From NCBI GenBank assembly GCA_965267575.1, contig OZ254086.1:3712001-3776000 (forward strand): 64,000 nt of DNA, given 5' to 3'. The translations under genes and the position numbers were made by a program. Shown here piece by piece: positions 1 through 10,500 of this stretch. The number at the start of each line of letters is the position of its first letter. Position 1 is the first letter of the stretch. The notes below the pieces were generated by a model. It ran no database searches and was not told the origin of the DNA. It saw only the letters and a list, made by a program, of their open reading frames with translations. Origin of the DNA: Calditrichales bacterium (GTDB taxonomy: Bacteria; Calditrichota; Calditrichia; Calditrichales; J004).

Positions 1-75
1 CGCTGACCTGAAAATATTATTTTTATAGCTTTTCCCAAACACCTTCCTTCCAACACCTAACTAAGGAGAACTTAT

Positions 76-1092
76 ATGGCTTCAAATTTAGATGATGCGC
101 GGAACCTGCTAAAAGACGTTCGCAAGGACCTGATGAAAAAAGCCAATGTTGTGGCAACCGGCGTGGGTTATAAAATCGTAAATGGAAAAGTGAGTAAAGA
201 TCTTTCGATTATTTGTTCCGTGGCAGCTAAAAAGCCGGGAAGCAAGTTATCTCAGTCGGATCTTGTACCTAAAAGCGTTAACGGTATCCCTACCGACGTT
301 TACGCGTCGGGTGCCATTTATGCGTTCCAGGACCCAAAGGGGCGCTTCCGGCCGGCTCCCGGCGGTGTGAGTGTCGGCCATTATCTAATCACTGCCGGAA
401 CACTGGGCTGTACGGTCATAAAAGATAATAAAAAATTTATTCTTTCAAATAACCATGTGCTTGCCAACAGCAACGATGCCGATAAAGGCGATGAAATATT
501 GCAACCGGGACCCACTGATGGCGGCTCAAGGCCAGGGGATATTATTGGTAAGCTAAGCGATTTTGTGCCGATTGTTTTTGACAATGGCGGCGGTGGCGGT
601 GGCAGCGATTGTCCTTTTGCTACCGGGGCGGCGTCTTTCTTGAATGCGATGTCGGCCGCGGCAGGGCGCAAATCCCGCCTGAAAGCGGTTTATGAGCCTG
701 AAGCTTCAGAAAACCTTGTAGACGCAGCCATCGCCGAACCAAACAGCCAGGACGATCTGAAAACGGAAATACTCAATATTGGTGAAATCCAGGGTATTGC
801 CGAAGCAACGCTGGGCATGTCTCTAAAAAAGATGGGGCGCACCACGGGCTTCACAAGAGGGACAGTGCTGCAAGTGGATGTAACCAGTACCGTTAATTAT
901 GGCGGCGGCAAAACGGCAACATTTGTCGACCAGATAATGGCCGGAAATATGAGTGCGGGAGGTGACAGCGGCTCCGCTGTTTTAAACGACAATGGCCATA
1001 TTGTAGGTTTGCTTTTCGCCGGAAGCTCAAGTTCGACCATTATCAACCGCATACAAAACGTGTTTGAATTGCTTGATGTATCCATACCATAA
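76..1092 (+). CDS. Trypsin-like (S1/PA clan) serine protease, NAL1-like, no signal peptide
   Basis: GTLGC, LSNNHV (His), VDAAIA (Asp), GDSGS (Ser); RBS aaggag upstream. Confidence 0.85.
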   Translation: MASNLDDARNLLKDVRKDLMKKANVVATGVGYKIVNGKVSKDLSIICSVAAKKPGSKLSQSDLVPKSVNGIPTDVYASGAIYAFQDPKGRFRPAPGGVSVGHYLITAGTLGCTVIKDNKKFILSNNHVLANSNDADKGDEILQPGPTDGGSRPGDIIGKLSDFVPIVFDNGGGGGGSDCPFATGAASFLNAMSAAAGRKSRLKAVYEPEASENLVDAAIAEPNSQDDLKTEILNIGEIQGIAEATLGMSLKKMGRTTGFTRGTVLQVDVTSTVNYGGGKTATFVDQIMAGNMSAGGDSGSAVLNDNGHIVGLLFAGSSSSTIINRIQNVFELLDVSIP

Positions 1093-1099
1093 AAAGTAG

Positions 1100-1121
1100 G
1101 GCGGCCTTCGGGCCGCCTTTT
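1100..1121 (+). terminator. GC hairpin GGCGGCC-TTCG-GGCCGCC plus short T tract
   Basis: Perfect 7-bp stem with cUUCGg loop directly after the protease stop. Confidence 0.65.
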
Positions 1122-1127
1122 AATACC

Positions 1128-1352
1128 ATGGAATTAGAACGCATAAAAGAGATAAAAAGAAAGTACGAAAAAACCTGGCTGCAGCTGGATGACGTAGTCA
1201 GCGTTGGCATTGGCCTTATCAGAGACAACCAGCCGGCCATCATCATTGGGCTTAAGCGCGAAAACAGACAAACGCGCGAACGGCTTCCCCGCGATATCGA
1301 AAACGTTCCTGTCAGTATTGAAATCAGCGGCCCGATCAGCGCACAATCCTGA
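1128..1352 (+). CDS. Small protein resembling the N-terminal domain of the upstream protease
   Basis: VVSVGIG...IIIGL...LPRDIENVPVSIEISGPISA parallels VVATGVG...IICSV...VPKSVNGIPTDVYASGAIYA. Confidence 0.7.
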   Translation: MELERIKEIKRKYEKTWLQLDDVVSVGIGLIRDNQPAIIIGLKRENRQTRERLPRDIENVPVSIEISGPISAQS

Positions 1353-1398
1353 CGCTTAATAATATTTCTAAAAAAACTTGCAATAATTCCTGCCACAA

Positions 1399-1426
1399 TA
1401 AAATCCGCTTTAAGGTCTTCCGATAA
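1399..1426 (+). promoter_or_regulatory. Possible sigma28/FliA-type promoter
   Basis: TAAA-N16-TCCGATAA upstream of the HDOD gene. Confidence 0.35.
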
Positions 1427-1470
1427 ACATCCGAAGTTATTTTATAGCCTTTAATAAAGAAAGACAGGCC

Positions 1471-2355
1471 ATGGAAACCACAGTTCTCTCCAAAAAAGAA
1501 GAGCGCATTTCCCGAATACTGGAAGCGGTAAACGATTCACAATTATCTACGATCAAAACAGTTGTTACAGGTGTAATAAATATAATCCGCAATCCACGTT
1601 CTACGGCGCAAGATCTAAAGGCTCTTGTTGAGATTGATCCTCCTTTAACCGCAAAAATATTACGCGTTGCCAATTCGTCCTACTATGCACCCCAAAGCAA
1701 AATCGATGAAATTGATAAAGCTATCATCTGGATAGGGTTTGATCGCCTGAAAGAGCTTGTTATCCGCCAGAAAACCTGCAGCCTTTTTGAAAACAAAGAT
1801 TCCATTGAAGGCTATCGTCGTACTGAATTATGGGCTTATTGTGTTGCCACGGCCCATTTCGGAAAGATGATCTACCGTCGTGAGTTTTCCGAAAGAGGCG
1901 AAAACGTATATTCAGCCGGCCTGCTGCACAAAATAGGTATGATCGCCGAAGAGCAGTTTTTAAGAATGGCCTTTACGCGGATTTTGAAAATTGCGCATCA
2001 ACAGGAGCAGCATCTGCCGGATATTGAGAGCAAGATATTTGGCTTTAGTCATGCTGAGCTGGGCGGAAGAATAATTCAGCAGTGGGGCTTGCCGGAAGAG
2101 TTTGTCGCGGCGGTAACATACCATACCAATCCATACAAAGCACCGGAAGAATACTTCAAAATATCCGCGACACTTTTTGTCTCAGCAATGGCCTGTCATT
2201 TTTCGGAATTGGGTTATGCCGAGGCAACGCCTTTCAACGAAGCCATTTACGCTCGCTGCCTTGACGATCTTAATATTAGCCAGGAATCTCTTAATATAAT
2301 TATCGACGAGGGACGTCATGAGATTGCCGAAATGCTGGAACATGGAGTGTTGTAA
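1471..2355 (+). CDS. HDOD domain protein
   Basis: DPPLTAKILRVANSSYY, AGLLHKIG, FSHAELG...WGLP, YH motifs. Confidence 0.9.
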   Translation: METTVLSKKEERISRILEAVNDSQLSTIKTVVTGVINIIRNPRSTAQDLKALVEIDPPLTAKILRVANSSYYAPQSKIDEIDKAIIWIGFDRLKELVIRQKTCSLFENKDSIEGYRRTELWAYCVATAHFGKMIYRREFSERGENVYSAGLLHKIGMIAEEQFLRMAFTRILKIAHQQEQHLPDIESKIFGFSHAELGGRIIQQWGLPEEFVAAVTYHTNPYKAPEEYFKISATLFVSAMACHFSELGYAEATPFNEAIYARCLDDLNISQESLNIIIDEGRHEIAEMLEHGVL

Positions 2356-4046
2356 TGGCTGAACCGGCTAAGGCTCCCGAGGAATATATCCGTCAGCTGC
2401 AGACCAAAATCCGCCACCTGGAAAATGATCTAAAAGTAACCCGTCAGGAAAATGCTGAGTCCAGTAAGAAGTATTTTGACCTGTACGCGCAGCTTGAGCA
2501 AAAAGTCCGCCAGCGCACGGCTGAGCTGGAAACGGCGCGTGAGAAGCTAAAGGCGCAAAACAGCGAGCTTGAAAATCTTTTACACAAAGCCGAAGAAGCA
2601 AACATAGCCAAAAGCGAATTTCTGGCAAATGTAAGCCATGAGCTACGCACACCTTTAAACTCGATTATGGGTTTTTGCGATTTGCTTAAAACATCGGCAA
2701 AAGATGAGAAAGAGACCGGCTACCTGGAAAGTATAAGTTCCAGCGGCAGAAGCCTGTTGCAGTTGATCAACGACATCATAGAGTTAAGCCGGATAGAAGC
2801 CGGGTCCGTCAAAACAGAAATGGCTCCTGTTGATATCCGTGCAGTATTGATCGAAGCATTCGGAATTTACCAGACAAAAGCGGAGCAAAAAGGTTTGTCA
2901 TTTCATTTTTCGGCGGCAAAGAACTTTCCGCGAACGGTGATATTTGACGCCACGCGCCTCCGACAAATAGTAACCAATTTGTTAGGAAATGCCGTAAAAT
3001 TTACATCTACAGGTTCTGTGAATTTGAAGCTTGAATATCAGGCCAACGGCAATGATAATGCGGATCTGCGGATTATTGTGGAAGACAGCGGCATTGGCAT
3101 TGAGCCTGATAAACTGGAAATTATTTTTTCAGCTTTTCAACAGCAAAGCAGCGCCAGTAACCGGACTTACGATGGAATCGGCCTGGGTCTTACAATATGC
3201 CGTAAACTTACCCATGCTTTGGATGGAAGAATAAGTGTAAAAAGTGAAGTTGGCGAGGGTTCTACGTTCATAGTGGAATTTGACGGTGTCGAGGTTTGTA
3301 CTGAGACAGAAGACCCTGCCTCAGCAGAGAAGCCGGACGAACGACTTTATGGCAATCTGAAAAACAAAAGAATACTCATAGCAGATGATAACCAGGAAAA
3401 TCGCAATCTTTTACAGACCTTTCTATCTCTTGTTGATTGTTCGGTAATTCACGCGGCAGACGGTACGGATGCCGTTAAACTGGCTGGTCAGGAAAAGCCC
3501 GATGCCATATTAATGGATCTGCAAATGCCTGTGATGAACGGTTTGGATGCAACGCGTATGTTGAAAAACAAGGATGATTTGAAATATATCCCGGTTATCG
3601 CCCTTACGGCCAGTGACGAAAAAGAAACCCGGCTTAAAACCGAAAAGGCAGGGTGTGATGCCTTTCTGAGCAAGCCATTCGACAAAGAAGACTTGTTTGG
3701 TTTGCTGGAAGATGTTTTCAAAACCAACCATCCTGAAGAAGAGGTTTTGCTGGATTTATTGAATTCTGAGGACCAACGCAGCGAGGTGTCCGCCTTTATT
3801 TTTAAACTGGAAAATGAGTATAAAGAACACCTGACTGAACTTGGCGAAACTATGCTGATTAACGACTTACTGGAGCTGGTAAGCGGCATGAAAACCGAAG
3901 CGGAGAAGTTCCCCCTTGAAATGCTGCACAGTTGGATTAATACGACGAGAAAACAATGCAAATCCTACAATGTTGAGGGACTGGAACAATCGGTGAACGC
4001 TTATCCGGAGTTAATTTCGCGCATCAAAAAAAGGATGAACCTGTAA
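2355..4046 (+). CDS. Cytoplasmic hybrid histidine kinase (coiled coil-HisKA-HATPase-REC)
   Basis: FLANVSHELRTPL, NLLGNAVKFT, DSGIGI, GIGLGL; receiver ADD...LMDLQMP...KP. Confidence 0.92.
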   Translation: MAEPAKAPEEYIRQLQTKIRHLENDLKVTRQENAESSKKYFDLYAQLEQKVRQRTAELETAREKLKAQNSELENLLHKAEEANIAKSEFLANVSHELRTPLNSIMGFCDLLKTSAKDEKETGYLESISSSGRSLLQLINDIIELSRIEAGSVKTEMAPVDIRAVLIEAFGIYQTKAEQKGLSFHFSAAKNFPRTVIFDATRLRQIVTNLLGNAVKFTSTGSVNLKLEYQANGNDNADLRIIVEDSGIGIEPDKLEIIFSAFQQQSSASNRTYDGIGLGLTICRKLTHALDGRISVKSEVGEGSTFIVEFDGVEVCTETEDPASAEKPDERLYGNLKNKRILIADDNQENRNLLQTFLSLVDCSVIHAADGTDAVKLAGQEKPDAILMDLQMPVMNGLDATRMLKNKDDLKYIPVIALTASDEKETRLKTEKAGCDAFLSKPFDKEDLFGLLEDVFKTNHPEEEVLLDLLNSEDQRSEVSAFIFKLENEYKEHLTELGETMLINDLLELVSGMKTEAEKFPLEMLHSWINTTRKQCKSYNVEGLEQSVNAYPELISRIKKRMNL

Positions 4047-4057
4047 AGGATTACGGC

Positions 4058-5320
4058 ATGTTACAAACTGAAATATCAAAAAACGATCATCTTATTCTGA
4101 TTGTTGATGACCTGCCCAAAAACCTGCAGGTACTTGGTAATATTCTTTCCAATGCCGGATACCGTATTGCCGTAGCGACATACGGTGAACAGGCCTTACG
4201 TATCCTGGATAAAAAGATGCCCGATCTGATTTTGCTTGACGTCATGATGCCGGGTATGGATGGATTTGAGGTGTGCCGGAAGATCCGCTCCGATAAGCGC
4301 TTTGATAACTTGCCGGTACTGTTTGTATCGGCTAAAAGCGATACAGACAGCAAAGTTCAGGGTTTTGAAATAGGCGCCGCAGATTACATAACAAAACCGT
4401 TCCAGGCCGCTGAGGTTCTTGCACGGGTAAAAACCCATTTAAAACTAAAAAAGGCCATTCAAACCATTACCGCGTATAATTTTCAACTTGAATCAATGCT
4501 TGAGGAACGTACGCGCGAACTCATTAAAAGTGAACGGCTTGCCGCTTTTAGTCTTTTTAGCCAGGGAATTGTGCATAATCTTAAAAACCCGCTTACCTCC
4601 ATTTCCGGCGGGGCGCAAATTATTTTGCTGGGAAAAGAGCAGTTTGAAGAAAGCCTGCCTTCGCCCAAAGACCCGGCTACTCAAAAATATCTCGACACGG
4701 TAACGCGTCATTCGGAGCTGATTCGCAGGGCTGTGGACAAAATGCTCACCATGATCAATTCCCTTATGGCCAAAAGCCAGTCCGATAAAAATAACAATAT
4801 TATGTGTGTAGATGTCAACGAATCCTTGCGTCTTGAGATAAGCTTTCTGAATGCCGACCTGCGTTTTAAAAATCAGACCAAAAAGACAATAAACCTGAGC
4901 GATACGGCACTATGGGCAGAAGTAGTACCCTCTGAATTATCACAGATATTTCAGAATTTGATTCAAAACGCCCTGGACGCGATGCACGGCCAGGAAGACG
5001 CCACTATAGAAATTTGCAGTGGTGAAAATGAAAACGAAGTTTGGTTTGCCATTAAGGATAATGGTCCCGGTATCCCGGACGATATCAAAGCCCGCATTTA
5101 TGACCCGTTTTTTACGACCAAAGACAAGGTGAGTCTAAACGGTGAAAACGGTGCCGGCAACGGCAGGCCGAAGGGCACGGGCCTGGGGCTCCATATTTGC
5201 TCTCAGATGGTTAACTCCTACAAAGGCCGGATACAGCTGCAGAGCCAGGCTGGAAGGGGCACAAGCTTTACCGTGAGCTTTCCGAAAGCACTGAATACCG
5301 TAGCCGCACTTAACGAATAA
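4058..5320 (+). CDS. Receiver-histidine kinase hybrid (REC-HisKA-HATPase)
   Basis: IVDD, LLDVMMP, KPF; HNLKNPL; NALDA, DNGPGI, PFFTTK, GTGLGL. Confidence 0.9.
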   Translation: MLQTEISKNDHLILIVDDLPKNLQVLGNILSNAGYRIAVATYGEQALRILDKKMPDLILLDVMMPGMDGFEVCRKIRSDKRFDNLPVLFVSAKSDTDSKVQGFEIGAADYITKPFQAAEVLARVKTHLKLKKAIQTITAYNFQLESMLEERTRELIKSERLAAFSLFSQGIVHNLKNPLTSISGGAQIILLGKEQFEESLPSPKDPATQKYLDTVTRHSELIRRAVDKMLTMINSLMAKSQSDKNNNIMCVDVNESLRLEISFLNADLRFKNQTKKTINLSDTALWAEVVPSELSQIFQNLIQNALDAMHGQEDATIEICSGENENEVWFAIKDNGPGIPDDIKARIYDPFFTTKDKVSLNGENGAGNGRPKGTGLGLHICSQMVNSYKGRIQLQSQAGRGTSFTVSFPKALNTVAALNE

Positions 5321-5401
5321 CCTTACCAAAAATAATTTTATATTCCTTAACCATTTGCTATATTTAGATAGTTCGGAAACTAAACCAACCTGGCATGATT
5401 C

Positions 5402-6580
5402 ATGATTTCTGTTTTTAAAGGGGCCAAAATTATCACGCCCTTCAGGCTTATCCCAAAAGGTACCATCGTCGTTGAAAATGGGCATATCATAGAGCTTGGC
5501 TCTGTTGATGAGATCGAGATACCGGAAAACGTAAACGTATATGACGTAAGTGGTAAAGCTATTTGTCCGGGATTTGTTGATCTTTTGCTGCACGGCGCCC
5601 TCGGACACGGTTTTACCGACGGTGATGACAGCGATTTCGAAATTATATCAAACCATTTCCTGCGTCATGGCACTACCGCTATGCTCGCTTCCCTTTACGC
5701 CAAGCCGGAAAAAGAACTGCTGGCCGATATTAAAAAACTTGCGGATTACATCATTCGCCACCCTAAGGGCAACATAAAAGGCATACACATGGAAGGGCCC
5801 TATCTGAATCCCGAGTTTAAAGGAGCGATGAACGAGGGCTGGCTATGGAAGCCGACTATTGAGTCTTACAAAAAAATGTGGGAAGCCTCTCAGGGTCTGA
5901 TAAAGTTAATGACGATCGCACCTGAATTGCCCGGGGCTTTGCCGGTAATGCGTGAAGCTGCCAAAAACGGGGTTGTCTTATCCATTGGTCACAGTACGGC
6001 TAACTACAGGCAGATTGAAATCGCCATAGACAATGGCGCGGCGCATGTCACACATATGTTCAACGCCATGCGGCCGCTTCACCATCGTGAGCCGGGCGTG
6101 GCTCTGGCCTCGATGCTGCGCGATGAGCTGAAGATTGAATTGATTGCTGACACCCATCATGTTCATCCTGCTGTTATGGAATTTCTGCTGAAGGTAAAAA
6201 AGCCAAACGGCATTGTTCTTATTACGGATTCTATCAAACCCGGCGGTATGGCAGAGGGTGAGGAGTTTGAATTTGCCAATCAAAAAGTGCGTATTAAAGG
6301 CGGCAAAGCTATGCTGGATAACGGCACCATTGCCGGAAGCTCTTTAACGCTGAACAAAGCTGTGAAAAACATGGTCGAAACAGCCGGAGCACGAATTACC
6401 GAGGCTGTTAGAATGGCTTCTCTGAATGGCGCTAAAGTTATAAACATGGAGCATAAGAAAGGTATTTTAGCCGTTGGTAAGGATGCAGATTTCGTCGTGC
6501 TTGGTAACGACTACAGCGTGGAAATGACGGTGATGAAAGGCGAGATCGTTCATTCCGCAGAAAATAGCGCGGTGGTCTGA
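5402..6580 (+). CDS. nagA: N-acetylglucosamine-6-phosphate deacetylase
   Basis: PGFVDL.HG, HMEGPY, GHS, THMFNAM, ITDS, IAGS; adjacent to nagB. Confidence 0.93.
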   Translation: MISVFKGAKIITPFRLIPKGTIVVENGHIIELGSVDEIEIPENVNVYDVSGKAICPGFVDLLLHGALGHGFTDGDDSDFEIISNHFLRHGTTAMLASLYAKPEKELLADIKKLADYIIRHPKGNIKGIHMEGPYLNPEFKGAMNEGWLWKPTIESYKKMWEASQGLIKLMTIAPELPGALPVMREAAKNGVVLSIGHSTANYRQIEIAIDNGAAHVTHMFNAMRPLHHREPGVALASMLRDELKIELIADTHHVHPAVMEFLLKVKKPNGIVLITDSIKPGGMAEGEEFEFANQKVRIKGGKAMLDNGTIAGSSLTLNKAVKNMVETAGARITEAVRMASLNGAKVINMEHKKGILAVGKDADFVVLGNDYSVEMTVMKGEIVHSAENSAVV

Positions 6581-7393
6581 ATGCGTCTGATTATTCAAAA
6601 GGATTATAACGACGTTTCAAGTTGGGCGGCCGCTTACGTCGTCAGAGCTATAACAAGATTTAACCCGACGCCCGAAAAGCCGTTTGTTCTTGGCTTGCCG
6701 ACTGGCTCATCGCCATTGGGCATGTACCGTGAGTTGATAAAATTCTATAATAATGGCAAGGTTTCTTTCAAAAATGTAATCACCTTTAATATGGATGAAT
6801 ATGTTGGTCTGGCAGAGGATCATCCTCAAAGCTATCATTACTACATGTGGCATAATTTTTTCAACCACGTTGATATCCAGCCCCGGAACGTAAACATTCT
6901 GAACGGCAATGCCAAAGACCTGGACAAAGAGTGTGAAGATTACGAAAGAAGGATCCGCGAAACGGGCGGGATTCATCTTTTTGTCGGCGGAATAGGTCCG
7001 GACGGCCATATTGCATTTAACGAACCCGGCTCGTCGCTGGGCTCACACACACGCCTGAAAACGCTTACCACAGATACGGTTATCGCCAATTCCAGGTTCT
7101 TTGATGATGATGTTAGTAAGGTGCCTAAAACAGCTCTCACCGTAGGTGTTAGAACCGTGCTGGATGCGCAAAAGATTATGGTGTTGATTTCCGGCCACAA
7201 CAAAGCGCGTGCGCTGGCAAAAGTGGTTGAAGAGGGTGTAAACCATATGTGGACAGTGAGTGCTCTTCAGCTTCATCCCCATAGCCTCATTGTTTGTGAT
7301 GACGCTTCCACCGTCGAAATGAAAGTTGGCACGGTTAATTATTTTAAAGATATCGAGGCGAAAAACCTCGATCCGCAAAGCTTGCTTTCCTGA
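6581..7393 (+). CDS. nagB: Glucosamine-6-phosphate deaminase
   Basis: [40 protein letters not shown]. Confidence 0.97.
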   Translation: MRLIIQKDYNDVSSWAAAYVVRAITRFNPTPEKPFVLGLPTGSSPLGMYRELIKFYNNGKVSFKNVITFNMDEYVGLAEDHPQSYHYYMWHNFFNHVDIQPRNVNILNGNAKDLDKECEDYERRIRETGGIHLFVGGIGPDGHIAFNEPGSSLGSHTRLKTLTTDTVIANSRFFDDDVSKVPKTALTVGVRTVLDAQKIMVLISGHNKARALAKVVEEGVNHMWTVSALQLHPHSLIVCDDASTVEMKVGTVNYFKDIEAKNLDPQSLLS

Positions 7394-7417
7394 CCTCCTG
7401 TTAGAGTAAGGAGCCCC

Positions 7418-7450
7418 AAGGGACCGGTCCAAGGCCGGTCCTTTTTTTTT
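7418..7450 (+). terminator. Rho-independent terminator after nagB
   Basis: AAGGGACCGGTC-CAA-GGCCGGTCCTTT followed by a T run. Confidence 0.85.
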
Positions 7451-7505
7451 AATTTAAATTCGGCCCCTCTTATATTAGCGGCATGAAAATTAAACAAGGA
7501 AAAAA

Positions 7506-10500
7506 ATGTCCACGGTATTCAGACTTTTTGTTGAAAAGCGTCCCGGGTTTGATGTGGAAGCGCAAAATTATGCAGATCAGATCAGGGCTTTTTTAAAAAT
7601 TGAAGCCCTTGAAAGATTACGCATTTTTTATCGCTACGATGTCCAGGGCATCGAGGCTGACACCTATCTGAGCGCAAAAAATACAGTATTCTCAGAACCA
7701 CCACAGGACACCGTCTATGACGAGGAGATGCCCGATTTACGGGACTATACTGTTATCGCAACCGAATATCTCCCGGGGCAGTACGATCAACGTTCCGATT
7801 CGGCCGCGCAATGTATCCGGCTTATCAACCATCATGCAGAGCCGCTGGTGCGCAGCGCAAAAATATTTGCATTAAAGGGCCGGCTCAGCGGACCTGACAT
7901 AAATACAATCAAAAAATTTATTATTAACCCCGTTGACTCCAGAGAAGCGCAGCTTGAAAAACCGGCCGGCCTGGAGCACAAAGCACCCGTGCCAAAGGAA
8001 GTGGGCCAGGTCAACGGCTTTTTGGAAATGTCCGGCGCCGAGATAAAAACGCTTGGCAAAAATCTGGACCTGGCGATGGGTCTAGATGATCTGCTGTTTA
8101 TCCAGCACTATTTCAAAAACACGGAAAAACGCGAACCGACCGAAACCGAAATCAAAATGCTGGACACTTATTGGTCGGACCATTGCCGGCATACGACGTT
8201 TTTAACCGAAATAGAATCTGTGAAAATAGAGGACGGCCACTATAAAAAAGCGCTCGAGCGATCTTTGAAGGCCTACCGTGATGCACGTTCATTTGTTTAT
8301 GAAAGCTCCCCACGGGCGGATTGCCTGATGGATATGGCCACGATTGCCATGAAGGAAATGCGCAAAAGGGGCGGGCTGCCTGAGCTGGATCTGTCTGAAG
8401 AGATAAATGCCTGCAGTATAAAAGTAAACGTTGAGCGAGACGGCCACAATGAAGACTGGCTGGTAATGTTCAAGAATGAAACACATAATCATCCAACGGA
8501 AATAGAGCCATTTGGCGGGGCGGCCACCTGTCTGGGCGGCGCCATTCGTGATCCGCTTTCCGGACGTGTTTATGTGTACCAGGCTATGCGGGTTACGGGC
8601 AGTGGCGATCCACGACGTCCTTTGCAGGAAACAATCCCAGGGAAGCTTCCGCAACGTGTTATTACAACAACAGCAGCTAAAGGCTATAGCAGCTACGGCA
8701 ACCAGATCGGTCTGGCAACGGGTATGGTGTCGGAAGTTTATGATGAAGGCTATGTTGCCAAACGCATGGAAATAGGCGCTGTTATCGGCGCTGCGCCGGC
8801 ATCGCATGTGCTGCGTTCCCGTCCGCAAAAAGGGGATGTTGTGCTGCTTATTGGCGGCCGCACAGGTCGCGACGGCATCGGGGGCGCCACCGGGTCTTCG
8901 AAAGCCCATACAGACAAAGCGCTGGAGAATGAAGCTGAGGTGCAGAAAGGTAATCCGCCCATTGAGCGCAAGTTGCAACGCCTTTTCCGCGACTCCGAAT
9001 TTACCCGCAAGATAAAGCGCTGCAATGATTTTGGTGCCGGTGGTGTCTCTGTGGCGATCGGGGAGCTTGCGCCAAGCATAGATATCCATCTTGATAAGGT
9101 GCCGTTAAAATACGAGGGTTTAAATGGCACCGAAATCGCCCTGTCCGAATCGCAGGAGCGCATGGCGGTTGTGATCGATAAAAAGGATATCGGTTTTGTT
9201 TTAGAAAAGGCCTATGCCGAAAACCTGGAAGCCAGCGAAGTGGCACAGATTACGGACAGCGGCCGCCTTCGTATGTTCTGGCGCAACAAAGCGATCGTCG
9301 ACATAATGCGCGCATTTTTGGATACAAACGGTACACGTCAAAAAATGAATGTCGTTCTGGCAAATCCAACGCGTCCTTACCCTTACAAAAATAGGCGAGA
9401 GATTAATGCTGAAAGCTGGCTTGAAAACCTGAAAGACCTGAATGTCGCCGGGCAAAAAGGGCTGATCGAGCAGTTTGACAGCTCCATCGGCGCTTCGGCA
9501 GTTTTGCATCCTTTTGGTGGAAAATACCGCCAGACACCGGCTGAGTGCATGGTTTCGTTGCTGCCTGCGGAAGGCGTTTCGACGGCGACAGCCATGAGCT
9601 GGGGATTTGATGTCAACCTGGCCCATTGGTCACCGTATCATATGGCGGCCTTCGCGGTTATCGAATCGGTGGCAAAGCTCGCAGCGTGTGGCGCGGACTA
9701 TAAAAAGGCCTACCTGACTTTGCAGGAATATTTTGAAAAACTGGGAGATGATACGATAAAATGGGGCAAGCCTTATGCGGCCTTGCTTGGTGCTTATGAA
9801 GCACAAAATGAGCTGAATATCGCGGCTATTGGCGGGAAAGACAGCATGTCCGGCACATTCCAGAATTTAAATGTTCCGCCGACGCTGGTGAGCTTTGCAG
9901 TCGCACCTGTAGAATCGAAAACGGTTATTTCTGCGGAGTTTAAGCAAGCGGGAAATCATGTTTTTATGGTTGATGTGCCCGTTCTTGAAGACCAGACCCC
10001 TGACTACAAGCTCATTAAAGAAAACTTCGATTGGTTGCACAAAAAAATCATATCCGGTGATATTATTTCGGCTCATACTTTAGGAAAAGGGGGTGCCGCA
10101 GCGGCCATATCAAAGATGTGCTTTGGCAATCGGATCGGATTTGAAAGCAGCCACGATTTGGATTGGTTTTCGCCGCGCTATGGCGGATTTGTGGTTGAAT
10201 GCACGGATAACCTGCGTGATGATGTGCTTCCAAAGAACATTTTTAAAATAGGGAGGACCACGGACAAACAGGACATCCGCATTAATAAAACCACCCTAAA
10301 GCTTGAAGATTGTCTTGATGCCTGGCTAAGCCCCCTAGAGAAAGTATTTCCCTGGAAACATAATGATTCCCTCAAAAATAAGGGCAATTCCCAAAGCCTA
10401 CCATCCTCTAAACCGTGGCGAGCTGCAAAGCCCGTCATCAGTCCGCGCGTATTTGTGCCTGTTTTTCCGGGTACAAATTGCGAATATGATTCTGCCCGGG

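Noticed and set aside
584..606. GGC/GGT run in the protease gene
   Set aside because: Encodes an in-frame poly-Gly loop with mixed codons, so it is not a frameshifting tract
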